A DNA stretch of 47,218 nt from Leptospira sp. (GTDB lineage Bacteria > Spirochaetota > Leptospiria > Leptospirales > Leptospiraceae). A program made the position numbers and the translations under genes. The notes under the pieces are model-generated. The model had not been told where the DNA came from. It saw only the letters and a list, made by a program, of their open reading frames with translations, and did no database searches. The stretch is from contig JAWXAQ010000011.1 of the NCBI GenBank assembly GCA_034439575.1, forward strand, positions 1 to 47,218, given 5' to 3'. Shown here piece by piece: positions 22,689 through 33,142 of the stretch; within the stretch, counting starts at the first letter, position 1; every line of letters starts with the position of its first letter.

Positions 22689-23699
22689 ATGGAAAATTTC
22701 ATATCCATTCTCTCGTCGTTCGATGCGAATCAATCCTTCCAAAACTAACTTTTGTATGATGGAATAAATCAATCCTAGCGCCGTTGGTAGATGCCCACCA
22801 TTATGGACTTTTTTTCCGATCGCGGCTTCCATTAAGTGCAATAAGTCTGACGATGATTCTTTCAGTCGGCGAAGCACTCCCTTCTCTAAAATAGATAGAG
22901 TTTTTTTCACAAGGAGGATGGTCTTTTTGGGATCTTCAATCTCATGTCCATGTGCCGGGAGAAGTCTTTTGATAGGCTCTTCTAATAATTTTGAAAGTGT
23001 AAAATGATAATCACCAAGGCTTCCATCTAACTGAGAGTATATTGCTGTTAAATTTGCGATAATCAAATCCCCAGAAAAATATACACCTGTTTCTGGCTGA
23101 ACAGGCGTGATGTGATAAAGATTATGACCAGGAGTATATAAAAAACGAAAGTTACGCCCGCCAAGTTCTAAGGCATCATTGTGATCTATTGCCACATCAA
23201 TTTGAAGCATAGGATTGCCTTTTTTAGTTTCTTTGAACTTACTATAAAAAGTATTCCAACCTTTGCGTGATTCGTTGAGGATACGTTCCAGTTCATCTTT
23301 ATCACCAAAGGCTTTTTGAAATAAATCTTCCGTCGCCTCTTCGAAAAGATACATGGACTCTAAATAATTTCCGACCCCCGTTTGCATGGCTCGGTATCCA
23401 TAAAAGATAGCTTTGGGTGCGTAAGATTTCAAAACTAAGGATGAAGAAATGTGATCTAGATGATTGTGAGTGTATATGACATGACGAATGTCTTTAAGCG
23501 AAAATCCCTTTGTTTTTAAAGAAGCCTGTAACATAGGGACTGACTCAATATATCCAGAATCGATGAGTACCAATCCATCATTTGCGAGATACAAATAGAT
23601 ATTGTTAGGTGCGTAGAATGGTTGTGGAAGTATTATTTTATGAATCTCATCACCGATTTCCTCCATAGGAGGAATCTTCGCGGGGGTGGTGATGATCAT
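22680..23699 (-). CDS. MBL-fold metallo-hydrolase
   Basis: THNHLDH, TPGH, SGD, PAHG. Confidence 0.9.
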   Translation of the reverse strand: MIITTPAKIPPMEEIGDEIHKIILPQPFYAPNNIYLYLANDGLVLIDSGYIESVPMLQASLKTKGFSLKDIRHVIYTHNHLDHISSSLVLKSYAPKAIFYGYRAMQTGVGNYLESMYLFEEATEDLFQKAFGDKDELERILNESRKGWNTFYSKFKETKKGNPMLQIDVAIDHNDALELGGRNFRFLYTPGHNLYHITPVQPETGVYFSGDLIIANLTAIYSQLDGSLGDYHFTLSKLLEEPIKRLLPAHGHEIEDPKKTILLVKKTLSILEKGVLRRLKESSSDLLHLMEAAIGKKVHNGGHLPTALGLIYSIIQKLVLEGLIRIERRENGYEIFHLV

Positions 23700-23743
23700 A
23701 TGATAAGGTTCATGTTGAATGCGTTAGGGGGCCGAAGGGTTTA

Positions 23744-23772
23744 GTCCTACACAATCGCAGATTGAGTAGGAC
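23744..23772. terminator. Intergenic hairpin between the MaoC and MBL genes
   Basis: GTCCTAC-A-CAATC-GCA-GATTG-A-GTAGGAC; no clear U-tract. Confidence 0.35.
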
Positions 23773-23779
23773 CGACATC

Positions 23780-24958
23780 TTATGGTTGTTTTTTAATAAG
23801 GAGTCTTCTTTCAATTTCAAAGATCTTTTCTGGAATTTTTTCCTTTCCCAATTTCTTTTTGTCGTTTTCCTTCAAAAATAAATCAGCACCAAACTTATCT
23901 AATGCGTCATTGGCTTTAATGTTTTTTAAGCCTATCAATTGCATTTGAACTTCGCCTGCCGCAATTCCGTATTCGTTTCCTTTGTCTTCTGTGGAAAGAA
24001 TACGAGTGATACAAGTTACAGTGTCCCCTGAGAATGCTGGTTGTGTGTGATACCCTTCTGTGAATCCGATTTCCCAGAGTGCATTTTCGGAAATATCACG
24101 TGATGCCATACCAACTAACCATCCAAATACGAGTCCACCGTATACCACAGGTTCTCCGCCCATTGGCCCAGAAATTCCTGCAGAATATAATTTGTCGTAA
24201 TGAAGTGGATGAGTGTTACCAACTCGAAATGTCCATTGGTAATGTTCATCTGTGATGGTTCGACCATTTTGATGAACATAGATTTGACCTGCTTCAAAAT
24301 TTTCGAAGTAAGTATGTCCCCATGTAACATCCTTTAATGCAGTCGGGAAAGTTAATTTTGGAAGTTCTAGTTTTGGTGTATTTGATTCTGGGAAGTAGGC
24401 AGCTTTGTCACCAGGTTTTGAATTTCCCTTTGGTTTGCCATTTGACTGATAGATCATAATCTTACGTTCATATTGTAAAACGACTTCATTTTTTTGGTTC
24501 ATACAAAGTGTTCTGACATGAACAATACCTGGTTTATCTGGCCCTTTATCATCTACACCAAGTATCTTTGTGCGAGATGACAATGTATCACCTGGATACA
24601 CTGGTTTTAAAAATTGTGCATTGTAATAACCAAGGTTAGCTAAAGCTTTTTCACTATTGTTTTGTACACCTATGGAAAGAGCGAGATTGAAAACCATAAG
24701 TGGAGGGACTAGCAAATCTTGGAAGCCATGTGCTTTTGCGTATTCGCTAGAAAGATAGAGAGGATTGGCATCCATAAATACAGTCGCAAACTCTTGTGCA
24801 AAGGAACGATCCACTGTGTACTGTCTTGGGTGAACATAAATATCACCGACATTGAATTCTTCTAAGTAACGTCCGTAGATATTTTTTTTAATTTTGTCCA
24901 GTGTGGCGGGAGTCTTTGGAGATAGTTCTCCAAACGGGGTCATAGCTTTTTCTACCAT
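23780..24958 (-). CDS. Double hot-dog MaoC family dehydratase (mesaconyl-CoA-hydratase-like)
   Basis: Two MaoC halves: GRYLEEF...PVYPGDTL and YFENF...GNTHPLH...PAFSGDT. Confidence 0.85.
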   Translation of the reverse strand: MVEKAMTPFGELSPKTPATLDKIKKNIYGRYLEEFNVGDIYVHPRQYTVDRSFAQEFATVFMDANPLYLSSEYAKAHGFQDLLVPPLMVFNLALSIGVQNNSEKALANLGYYNAQFLKPVYPGDTLSSRTKILGVDDKGPDKPGIVHVRTLCMNQKNEVVLQYERKIMIYQSNGKPKGNSKPGDKAAYFPESNTPKLELPKLTFPTALKDVTWGHTYFENFEAGQIYVHQNGRTITDEHYQWTFRVGNTHPLHYDKLYSAGISGPMGGEPVVYGGLVFGWLVGMASRDISENALWEIGFTEGYHTQPAFSGDTVTCITRILSTEDKGNEYGIAAGEVQMQLIGLKNIKANDALDKFGADLFLKENDKKKLGKEKIPEKIFEIERRLLIKKQP

Positions 24959-25034
24959 AAGTCAAAATTCCTAGGAAGCCATCCTAGGAAAAGAGTTTTT
25001 CGTAATAAATTTCTAAGCTTAACTGATGAAAAGC

Positions 25035-25454
25035 TCAGAGAGAATACTTTTTCATATTTTCACAACCAGAGATTTTCAATTGCCCAGTTGTGCCTGTGTA
25101 TTCCTCACAAGATGTTTTTTCCAAAGCACTGATGCAGGATTCGTAATCATCCAAAATGGCATTTGTCATTTTGAAATTTTTCTCTATTTGTTTCTTTTCA
25201 GCTTCTTCAAACTTCGTTTTGAAAAAAGACAAACAAGCTGATTCAGATTGCATAAAAGCGGGAATCATATTTCTATGTGCCAATGGAATTTTTGAAATTT
25301 CTTGTTTCGCACAATCTATCGTTTTTGTACAAATTGTTTTTTCTAAATCCGATTTCAGTTCGCGTAACCTAGCTTCAATTTGTGAAGATGAGTTTGTGCA
25401 ATGATTTAACGAAAAGAATGCGATAGAAACAAACATTAATATATAAAATTTCAT
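25035..25454 (-). CDS. Cys-rich lipoprotein
   Basis: Signal peptide ending SLNHC; six further Cys. Confidence 0.7.
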   Translation of the reverse strand: MKFYILMFVSIAFFSLNHCTNSSSQIEARLRELKSDLEKTICTKTIDCAKQEISKIPLAHRNMIPAFMQSESACLSFFKTKFEEAEKKQIEKNFKMTNAILDDYESCISALEKTSCEEYTGTTGQLKISGCENMKKYSL

Positions 25455-25656
25455 TTTTTTTAATGGCCCTTACTTATTGAATTTAGCCACGAATAGGACA
25501 TATGGATTATATGAAAATATATTTTTAATTAACAAACGTTAGCACAATATTCCGATTATGCGAGAATTAAAAAAATTAATTTTGGGATATTTTTTAGATT
25601 TTTAGGGATAATTCAAGATAGTATTGTAGTAAAACAGACGACAGGTGATATAGTTT

Positions 25657-26607
25657 CTATGGGTAAAGGAAATTGATAACAGATATATCTCCAGTTGAAA
25701 ATCCTGTTCTTTGAGAGTCGACGGCACTTCCATCACTTTTCTTTGTAATCGTAGGCTTAGCATTCTTAGAAAATGAATACCCGTCATAATGCATAATAGA
25801 ATTAAAATCATAGGCTCCAAAATTAATTCCATATTCTGTATAAATATTGAAAGCAGAAGCATACCCATCTTCTATATTTTCAGTTAAAATATTAACATAC
25901 GTATCACGATCAAGCCTACCTTGTTCATGAAAAAGCCCAGCCGCATGTCCTATTTCGTGTAAGATTGATCCTGTATTACAAGCTGTGCCCAAAGCGATGT
26001 TTTGTTTGCTTCCAATCATTCCCACATAAGAAGTGCAAACGTTTTGATTCCCACTTTTATTTGTAAAATATACATAGTTTGACTCACCATTGCGAGGAAT
26101 CATTTTTAAATTTGTATATTTATTTACATGATCAACAGCAGCCTTAATCCTACATCGATCTATATATAAATTTGGATCAATTTCGTATGGCATTGTATTA
26201 TTAGTCCATTTGCTTAATTTATTATAATATACAGATTTTGAAAGATCCTTTGTATTAATATTGTGATTTAATTCTAATGCGGAGTCTTTTGTGAACATAA
26301 TATCCAAATGCAAATAATGATCACCCATGTCCTCCAATGGTAATTCTGCCTGACCGTAAGGAGTTAAAATTATTTTATGAATATCCGCATTGATAGACGG
26401 TACACTCGGTCTTGCTTGTGTGAATGTACAATTCTGAATGGCGAGGCCTAATAAAAGAATTGCAGTGGTATCATCAAATTTTTCTTTTTTAGAAATTTTA
26501 CATTGGAATAAAATTCCAAATAATAAACAAAACAATATTGAATGATTCGAAATTCTAAAAAATTGAATGCGTCTAACTTGCTTCGCGCGCTTGTTTCCAT
26601 TCTTCAT
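25657..26607 (-). CDS. Astacin (M12A) zinc metallopeptidase, probable lipoprotein
   Basis: HEIGHAAGLFHEQGRLDRD and Met-turn YDFNSIMHY; ILFQC lipobox; start uncertain. Confidence 0.9.
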   Translation of the reverse strand: MKNGNKRAKQVRRIQFFRISNHSILFCLLFGILFQCKISKKEKFDDTTAILLLGLAIQNCTFTQARPSVPSINADIHKIILTPYGQAELPLEDMGDHYLHLDIMFTKDSALELNHNINTKDLSKSVYYNKLSKWTNNTMPYEIDPNLYIDRCRIKAAVDHVNKYTNLKMIPRNGESNYVYFTNKSGNQNVCTSYVGMIGSKQNIALGTACNTGSILHEIGHAAGLFHEQGRLDRDTYVNILTENIEDGYASAFNIYTEYGINFGAYDFNSIMHYDGYSFSKNAKPTITKKSDGSAVDSQRTGFSTGDISVINFLYP

Positions 26608-26758
26608 GGTATTTATACCACTCTTCTCTGACGATACGGTAAGTCTCAAGATCGGATCTGACTTCGTCCATCAGTTCTTCCAATTCACGCACCCTTTTAA
26701 AAAGACGTTCCGTAAGGATTGTCCATTGCGCAGATTCTTGGTTTGTGTAGGATTCCAC
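26573..26758 (-). CDS. Small helical/coiled-coil hypothetical protein
   Basis: 61 aa charged amphipathic ORF, divergent from gapN. Confidence 0.5.
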   Translation of the reverse strand: MESYTNQESAQWTILTERLFKRVRELEELMDEVRSDLETYRIVREEWYKYHEEWKQAREAS

Positions 26759-26826
26759 ATTCTAAATATCGGGAAAACTCTTCCGAATTCCTTGCATTTT
26801 TATGGAGATAAGAAACGATTTCCAGT

Positions 26827-28431
26827 ATGACTTTTAACCTTTCTCGAAAAGAAGATATCCCTACAGAATTCCAATTGGAACCGATAGAACAAAAAAAATA
26901 CCTTATCGATGGGGAATTGCGTGAATGGAACGGAGATAAGGTGACAGTTCATTCACCAATTTTCTTAATTGAAGATGGAAAACCAAAACAAGTCAAAATT
27001 GGTAGTTACCCTTCCTTCGGGACAAAGGAAGCCTTAGAAGCACTAAATTCATGTGAAAAAGCGTATGATGGTGGGATCGGCGAATGGCCACAAATGTCCA
27101 TCGAAGGCAGAATCAAAGCCATACAAAACTTCACCAAACTCATGCTCACCAAGAGAGACCAGATCATCAAACTTTTAATGTGGGAAATTGGAAAATCATT
27201 AAAAGATAGCACAAAGGAATTTGATAGAACGATAGAATATATCAATGATACGATCAATGCCCTTAAAACTGGTGATAGGTCAGCCTCAAGATTTGTTTTT
27301 GAAAAAGGTATTTTCGCTCAAATCAAAAGAGCTCCATATGGTATCGTTCTTTGTATGGGCCCATTTAACTATCCGTTAAACGAAACTTTTTGCACCTTGA
27401 TTCCCGCGATCGCTATGGGAAATACGGTTTTATTCAAACCTGCTAAATTTGGTGTGCTCTTATTGGAACCGCTACTTGAATGTTTCCAAAAGGCTTTTCC
27501 TAAAGGAGTCATCAATACTTTGTACGGCGATGGCTCAACAGTCATTTCACCCATTATGGAAACGGGAAAAATAGATGTTCTGGCTTTCATAGGTTCAAGC
27601 ACAACTGCCAATTTGATTACCAAAAAACATCCTAGACTGAATCGTTTGCGTTCTGTCTTAGGTTTGAATGCCAAAAACCCAGCGATCATATTGGATGATT
27701 GTGATTTGGACAAAGCGATACCCGAAATACTTGCGGGGAGCTTAACCTATAACGGACAAAGGTGTACAGCTTTAAAAATAATCTTTGTACCTGAAGCATT
27801 AGCAAATTCATTTTTAGAAAAATATACCAGTGCTTTAAAAAATTGGAAATCAGGAATGCCTTGGGACAAGGATGTAATGTTTACTCCTCTGCCTGAAGAA
27901 GGAAAAACAAAGTGGCTTGGTGAACTTATCACCGACGCCCTTGCCAATGGGGCAAAAATCGTGAACGAAGGTGGCGGGCAAGTGACCGAGTCTTTTATGT
28001 ACCCAGCAGTGCTTTACCCAGTAAATAAAAAAGCTAGAATTTATCATGAAGAACAATTTGGACCCATAGTTCCCATAGTGCCTTATAAAGAACTAAGCGA
28101 AACTTTAACATACATTAAAGATTCACATTTAGGCCAACAAGCAAGTATCTTTGGAAAAAATCCACTGATCATCGGTAAACTAACGGACGTTTTAGTGAAT
28201 CAAGTAGCCAGAGTCAATATCAATACCCAATGCCAACGTGGGCCTGACACTTTCCCTTTTACAGGAAGAAAGGATTCAGCCGATGGAACACTGTCAGTGA
28301 GCGATGCTTTGAGAGTTTTTTCTATTCGAAGTTTAGTCGCGGCAAAAGAAGATGAAGAAAGTAAGGATCTATTTCGAGCTATTTTAGAAACAAAATCTTC
28401 AAACTTTATTAGTACAAACTTCATACTTTAA
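26827..28431 (+). CDS. gapN: NADP-dependent non-phosphorylating glyceraldehyde-3-phosphate dehydrogenase (ALDH family)
   Basis: GPFNYPLNE, FIGSS, NGQRCTA, EEQFGP, QRGPDTFPF. Confidence 0.85.
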   Translation: MTFNLSRKEDIPTEFQLEPIEQKKYLIDGELREWNGDKVTVHSPIFLIEDGKPKQVKIGSYPSFGTKEALEALNSCEKAYDGGIGEWPQMSIEGRIKAIQNFTKLMLTKRDQIIKLLMWEIGKSLKDSTKEFDRTIEYINDTINALKTGDRSASRFVFEKGIFAQIKRAPYGIVLCMGPFNYPLNETFCTLIPAIAMGNTVLFKPAKFGVLLLEPLLECFQKAFPKGVINTLYGDGSTVISPIMETGKIDVLAFIGSSTTANLITKKHPRLNRLRSVLGLNAKNPAIILDDCDLDKAIPEILAGSLTYNGQRCTALKIIFVPEALANSFLEKYTSALKNWKSGMPWDKDVMFTPLPEEGKTKWLGELITDALANGAKIVNEGGGQVTESFMYPAVLYPVNKKARIYHEEQFGPIVPIVPYKELSETLTYIKDSHLGQQASIFGKNPLIIGKLTDVLVNQVARVNINTQCQRGPDTFPFTGRKDSADGTLSVSDALRVFSIRSLVAAKEDEESKDLFRAILETKSSNFISTNFIL

Positions 28432-28528
28432 GCAATGTAGGTGAAAAATTGACATTTTCTATGATTTAGCTTGTAAAAGCCATTTCATAGACGATAATTA
28501 ACATAGGTTGCTCGTCTGAGCAAATGGT

Positions 28529-29758
28529 ATGAAACGATTTTCCATTATGATATTTCTTCCTGTCTTACTCAGCTTCACAGCTTGTAAAAACGTGAAAGAG
28601 AGTACATTGTTTATACCTCTCATATCAAATACTTCGAGCACAGACACATCTGCAAGTACTGGCCAAACTACAATCAACTTAGGTTCGAGTGTCACCGCAA
28701 CAGATCCAGAAACCATCCCACCCGTACTTTCTGGAAATATCCAATTTGACCAAGTGACACTTTCTGCTTCCACAAATTACACATTAGGAACGGCAGTCTC
28801 CGCCAACTCCGCGTTTGTTGTCTGCACATTCCAAACTTCATCCTCTAGCGTAGAAAATACACCTTCATGCCAATTATCAAGTGATGGAACGCAAGTTCAG
28901 GTTAGTAAAAATGGAGGGAGTTCTGTAAATGTAAATTATTCTGTTTTGAATTTTTCTTCCGGTATGACAGTCCAGCGTGGTTCATCCACTTTCACTGCGG
29001 GTACCGCTCAAGCTACTTTGACTACGGCAGTGAATACAGCTAGATCCTTTCTAGTTCTCAGCACAAGAACCTCAGAAACAACTAGTGCAAGTGACGCAAG
29101 AAGACTTGTTCGCGGAGTCATTACAAATTCTACAACTCTTGATTTTACTTGTTACCAATGTACAAATACAAGCACAGTCGAATGGCAAGTGGTCCAATGG
29201 AACGCATCCTCAGTCATCACAAATAGCCTAACGATAGCAGACGGGAATAGTTCTGGAACAGCCACCTTACCAAGCTCAGTTGACTTAACAAAATCATTCC
29301 TGATTTCAAATTATACATATACGACAGGAGCCAACGTTGGTTTTGAAGATAACTATATGTTACATGGTCGCTTTAGTTCTAGTTCAGAATTGACCTTCCA
29401 AAGAGGTTCTAGTGCCGGTTCATTAAATATTCAATATTATGTAGTTTCGGTAAGCTCTGGAATCAGTGTTAAATCAAATTCTTATAGTTTGACAGACACA
29501 CAACTTACGTTATGTGATACAATTCCGTCTAGTGGTGTGACAAATTATTTAAAAACAATGCTGATAGCTTCGAATCGAATCGGAAACGAAGGACCCTCAG
29601 TTAGCAATTTTGACTCAGGAAGTATAAGGTATGCATTTGGCGTTGCCGGTTGCGGTTCTCTCGGTAATACTCATATTTCAATGACAAGACATACTTTAGG
29701 TGAAGGTTCTCCAAATCATACAATTTCTGGCTCTTATTTTCTAATCGAATTTAATTAA
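28529..29758 (+). CDS. Ser/Thr-rich beta-repeat surface lipoprotein
   Basis: SFTAC lipobox; about four tandem 85-95-aa repeats. Confidence 0.75.
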   Translation: MKRFSIMIFLPVLLSFTACKNVKESTLFIPLISNTSSTDTSASTGQTTINLGSSVTATDPETIPPVLSGNIQFDQVTLSASTNYTLGTAVSANSAFVVCTFQTSSSSVENTPSCQLSSDGTQVQVSKNGGSSVNVNYSVLNFSSGMTVQRGSSTFTAGTAQATLTTAVNTARSFLVLSTRTSETTSASDARRLVRGVITNSTTLDFTCYQCTNTSTVEWQVVQWNASSVITNSLTIADGNSSGTATLPSSVDLTKSFLISNYTYTTGANVGFEDNYMLHGRFSSSSELTFQRGSSAGSLNIQYYVVSVSSGISVKSNSYSLTDTQLTLCDTIPSSGVTNYLKTMLIASNRIGNEGPSVSNFDSGSIRYAFGVAGCGSLGNTHISMTRHTLGEGSPNHTISGSYFLIEFN

Positions 29759-29830
29759 TTTTTTAGAAAAATTTTAAAACGAAGAATAATAAATCGATGA
29801 TTTCATCCTAAAATCAGATACAATCCAATT

Positions 29831-31093
29831 GTGATTCAAATATTTTTGCAATCGATCGTTGGTCGAGCCGTACAAGTTTCCCAAAAATCCGCAGATTCTC
29901 TCCTAAAAGGTGTCCAGTTACTCGTCAATGGTAGCCTCAGTGGAACAAGCACTGGACTCGAACTTTTATCAAATGCCTTTTTTTACAAACCAGAATGGCG
30001 AGCCGCATTGCAAAATGCTGGCATTTCTATCCGGGAAACTGGTGAAAAATCCCATGAAAACTTACAACAAATTATCGATGCCACAAATTCCAATTTCGAA
30101 AAAGCTTTCTTTGCTGTCGAATCGGTAGGGAAAAAGGGAGATCAACTTATCTTTGATAACCGAGTCATTTCTAGTATCATTGGAAGTACTCATAACCAAA
30201 GTTTTAAACTTTCAAAAATTGATATGAGCTTCCGCACTATTGGGGCAGACGTATCTGCCAAAGAAGTTGTCGCAGATTATAGAGCATCTAACAAAGAAAA
30301 AATGGTTCTATTCATTCCAGGATTATTTACTGATGAAACAGTCTGGATTGAAAAATGGATTCCTTACAAAAAAAAGAAAATCCGATCTCTAGGCATTGCG
30401 ACTGAGCTAATGAAAAAGGATTATTATCCAGTTTACTTACGATTCAATCACGGATTACCGATCCACGAGAACGGTAGAAAATTAATGCATCTATTGGATA
30501 TCTTTTTTAATGAATGTCCAGAGGCAAAACCGAATATCGTATGCTACAGTTTAGGCGGACTAGTGCTTAGAAGTTGTTTATATTATGCAAATATCGAAAA
30601 TAAAGAATGGAGACAACATTTCCAAAAAGTTGTTTCTATTGCCACACCAAACCGTGGTTCGTATCTAGAAAAAATCGGATTTTGGTTGGGTTTAATTCTT
30701 GAAAGAAGTCCTGTGATTGCTTTAAAAATCATAGGGATGGTTGGGAATTTGCGCAGTGATGCGATCAAAGACCTTTCTTTTGGACTTGTTAAAGACGAGC
30801 CCAAAACTCTTTGGTCACCGATTTCCCAATACTTTCAAGATACATATCATGGTGAATTAGATGAAATTGATGCTTATGAGGCTTATGCGGTAATTGATAC
30901 CATAGACAATCCAATTCAAAATTTTTTGGGAGATGGAATTGTGGAAAAACCAAGTTTAAGGTATTTATCCGACAGAGTTTATTCAAAAAAAACTAATCCA
31001 AGTTTACGGACATTGGAAATCATGAAGGCCACACATTTTTCCATTCTAAACTCAAAAAAACTATTTCATTGGTTAGATCAAATTTTTGATTAA
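29831..31093 (+). CDS. PGAP1-like alpha/beta hydrolase
   Basis: LFIPGL, CYSLGG nucleophile elbow, TPNRGSYLEK, GDGIV, C-terminal His. Confidence 0.8.
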   Translation: MIQIFLQSIVGRAVQVSQKSADSLLKGVQLLVNGSLSGTSTGLELLSNAFFYKPEWRAALQNAGISIRETGEKSHENLQQIIDATNSNFEKAFFAVESVGKKGDQLIFDNRVISSIIGSTHNQSFKLSKIDMSFRTIGADVSAKEVVADYRASNKEKMVLFIPGLFTDETVWIEKWIPYKKKKIRSLGIATELMKKDYYPVYLRFNHGLPIHENGRKLMHLLDIFFNECPEAKPNIVCYSLGGLVLRSCLYYANIENKEWRQHFQKVVSIATPNRGSYLEKIGFWLGLILERSPVIALKIIGMVGNLRSDAIKDLSFGLVKDEPKTLWSPISQYFQDTYHGELDEIDAYEAYAVIDTIDNPIQNFLGDGIVEKPSLRYLSDRVYSKKTNPSLRTLEIMKATHFSILNSKKLFHWLDQIFD

Positions 31094-31104
31094 TTTTTCA
31101 TGAA

Positions 31105-33138
31105 TTAGAATAATAAATGATAAGCAAATAAAGTTTCATTGTAATGTGGATGGGATGTAAATTCCAAACGCAATTCATGATCTGGCGCGATCGCATAACG
31201 TAATTTCAAACTATTTTGAAAGTAATTTTCATTTTTGCTGGGATTCAAATAGGCATAGGATGCGAACCATAATACTTTGAAATCTCCTATCTCTATTGTA
31301 TAATTGATACCTCCTTGGGGACCATAACGCATACCATAACGAAAGTCAGAATTAGTTTGTGATTTTGCACCAACAAGAAATGATATATTCCCAAAATTAA
31401 ATCCATTTGAGAATTCTCTGGCAAAGGAATAACCCGCCATCAAATCTATGTTACCTACTTGCTTTCTAACTTCAGTTTCTTTGAAAGTTACAGTTTGACT
31501 TCCTATATCAATAAGATAAGAAAACTTTTTAGATAAGGAATTATATGGGGTTAAAGAAAGCAAACGAACCAAATTTATGGAAGTTATTTCTGGTTTTTTG
31601 TTTTCATAATTGCGAATTTGAACATTTAAGAATTGTATTTCTGAATTGGAAAGTAGTCCATTGGATTTATTTAGAATATCATGATATGCGACTCTAATCC
31701 CTGTTTCCATAAAATTCCCATAACTCGAGTTTCCATATCCAATCAAAACCCTAGAAGAACTATGTGCATTATGCGGAGAATCAAAATAATTTATCTTATT
31801 TAGCTCACTTGTTTTCTGTGGTGTTTCTATTTTGGTTTGTAATCTCAATAATTGAAAATAATTTTCATTCGAATTTAAAATTTCAGAATCGGGATATTTA
31901 TATCTATAAAAATCAAGAAGTGCAGAAATTACTTTTTCATTTTCAACTTTTTTTTCAACTTCATCTTTTTTAATCTGAAATAAATCTGAAGATACATTTG
32001 TATCATTGATATTTGAAATTATATTAAAAAATAATTCTTTTTCTTCCTCATTCATTTCTTGTATTTGAAATCTGAATTGATTCCAGAGGGAAGGTCTATA
32101 GATCGGATTTTTCTTAATTGATTCTTTATCACTAACTACAAATTTGAGTAAATCAATAGGCGCATATGTAAACCTATAATAGTTAAAGGTATTCTGATTT
32201 GATTTAGCAATATCTAATATTTTTTCTATCTGATAGGCACAGTTTTCTTTTTGAAAATAGTAATCAAATTCTGCATCACCCATTTCCCAAAGTTGGCGTA
32301 ACAAACTTTCTCTTTCACTATCATTTAAATTGATATCGTATTCCCAAAGATCTCGATTTTCTAAATCATTATATTCATTTACCTTCATATAATAAGGATA
32401 AATAGAAAATTTTCCTTTGTATCCGCCTGTTACACCACCAATCACATAACGAATCCAATCGATGTTTCCAGGATCTGCTGCATATCCCACTCCGTAATCA
32501 AGCAGTTCTGAATTTTGATTTAAATCTTGCCTGAGTTTTAAAAAAGTATGACCAAACATAGATGCGGGTGCTTGCAAGTAATGCGCGGCAAATACGAGAC
32601 GAACTTGTATTACGTTTAAAGTGGATCTCCATTTTTGGAACCTGGGACATTTTTCAAATTCAAAGAATTCTTTTCCCATTTCTAATTTTTCACGTAGCCA
32701 ATGGTAACGTTCTGGAAATTTACATTTTGGTAAAGAATCCAAGTCACTTTGGGTAGAAAACAAAGCTCTTATTGTTGCCATTAATTCAGATCGAGGTTTA
32801 TTTCTTCCCACTTCTGATAAAAAATAACTAGCGCTCGTTATCTCAGATTTATAGTTTCCAAAGATAGATTTGTGATAACGAAGTAATTTTATCCAATGGG
32901 GATCTTTATAAAGTGATATTGAATCTACCTTTTCCAAGTAAGACCTCATAACATTCCTTACATGGAGGTCCGGAGGTTCAAAGAAATCATAGTACACTTT
33001 GTGCGTTTGATTGTTTGAATCTTTTGGCACTTCTAACCTTTCTATAGGTTCATATATTTCATCCGAAGGAATATCGATGGCAAAAAGTGGAAAGATTGAA
33101 AAGAAAATACAAAAATTTAAAATAAAGCGAAAGTTCAA
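31105..33138 (-). CDS. DUF4105 (Lnb-like) domain protein with C-terminal beta-barrel
   Basis: SMFGHTFL, ENRDLWEY, YYFQKENCAYQI; C-terminal aromatic residue. Confidence 0.8.
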   Translation of the reverse strand: MNFRFILNFCIFFSIFPLFAIDIPSDEIYEPIERLEVPKDSNNQTHKVYYDFFEPPDLHVRNVMRSYLEKVDSISLYKDPHWIKLLRYHKSIFGNYKSEITSASYFLSEVGRNKPRSELMATIRALFSTQSDLDSLPKCKFPERYHWLREKLEMGKEFFEFEKCPRFQKWRSTLNVIQVRLVFAAHYLQAPASMFGHTFLKLRQDLNQNSELLDYGVGYAADPGNIDWIRYVIGGVTGGYKGKFSIYPYYMKVNEYNDLENRDLWEYDINLNDSERESLLRQLWEMGDAEFDYYFQKENCAYQIEKILDIAKSNQNTFNYYRFTYAPIDLLKFVVSDKESIKKNPIYRPSLWNQFRFQIQEMNEEEKELFFNIISNINDTNVSSDLFQIKKDEVEKKVENEKVISALLDFYRYKYPDSEILNSNENYFQLLRLQTKIETPQKTSELNKINYFDSPHNAHSSSRVLIGYGNSSYGNFMETGIRVAYHDILNKSNGLLSNSEIQFLNVQIRNYENKKPEITSINLVRLLSLTPYNSLSKKFSYLIDIGSQTVTFKETEVRKQVGNIDLMAGYSFAREFSNGFNFGNISFLVGAKSQTNSDFRYGMRYGPQGGINYTIEIGDFKVLWFASYAYLNPSKNENYFQNSLKLRYAIAPDHELRLEFTSHPHYNETLFAYHLLF

Positions 33139-33142
33139 TTTT

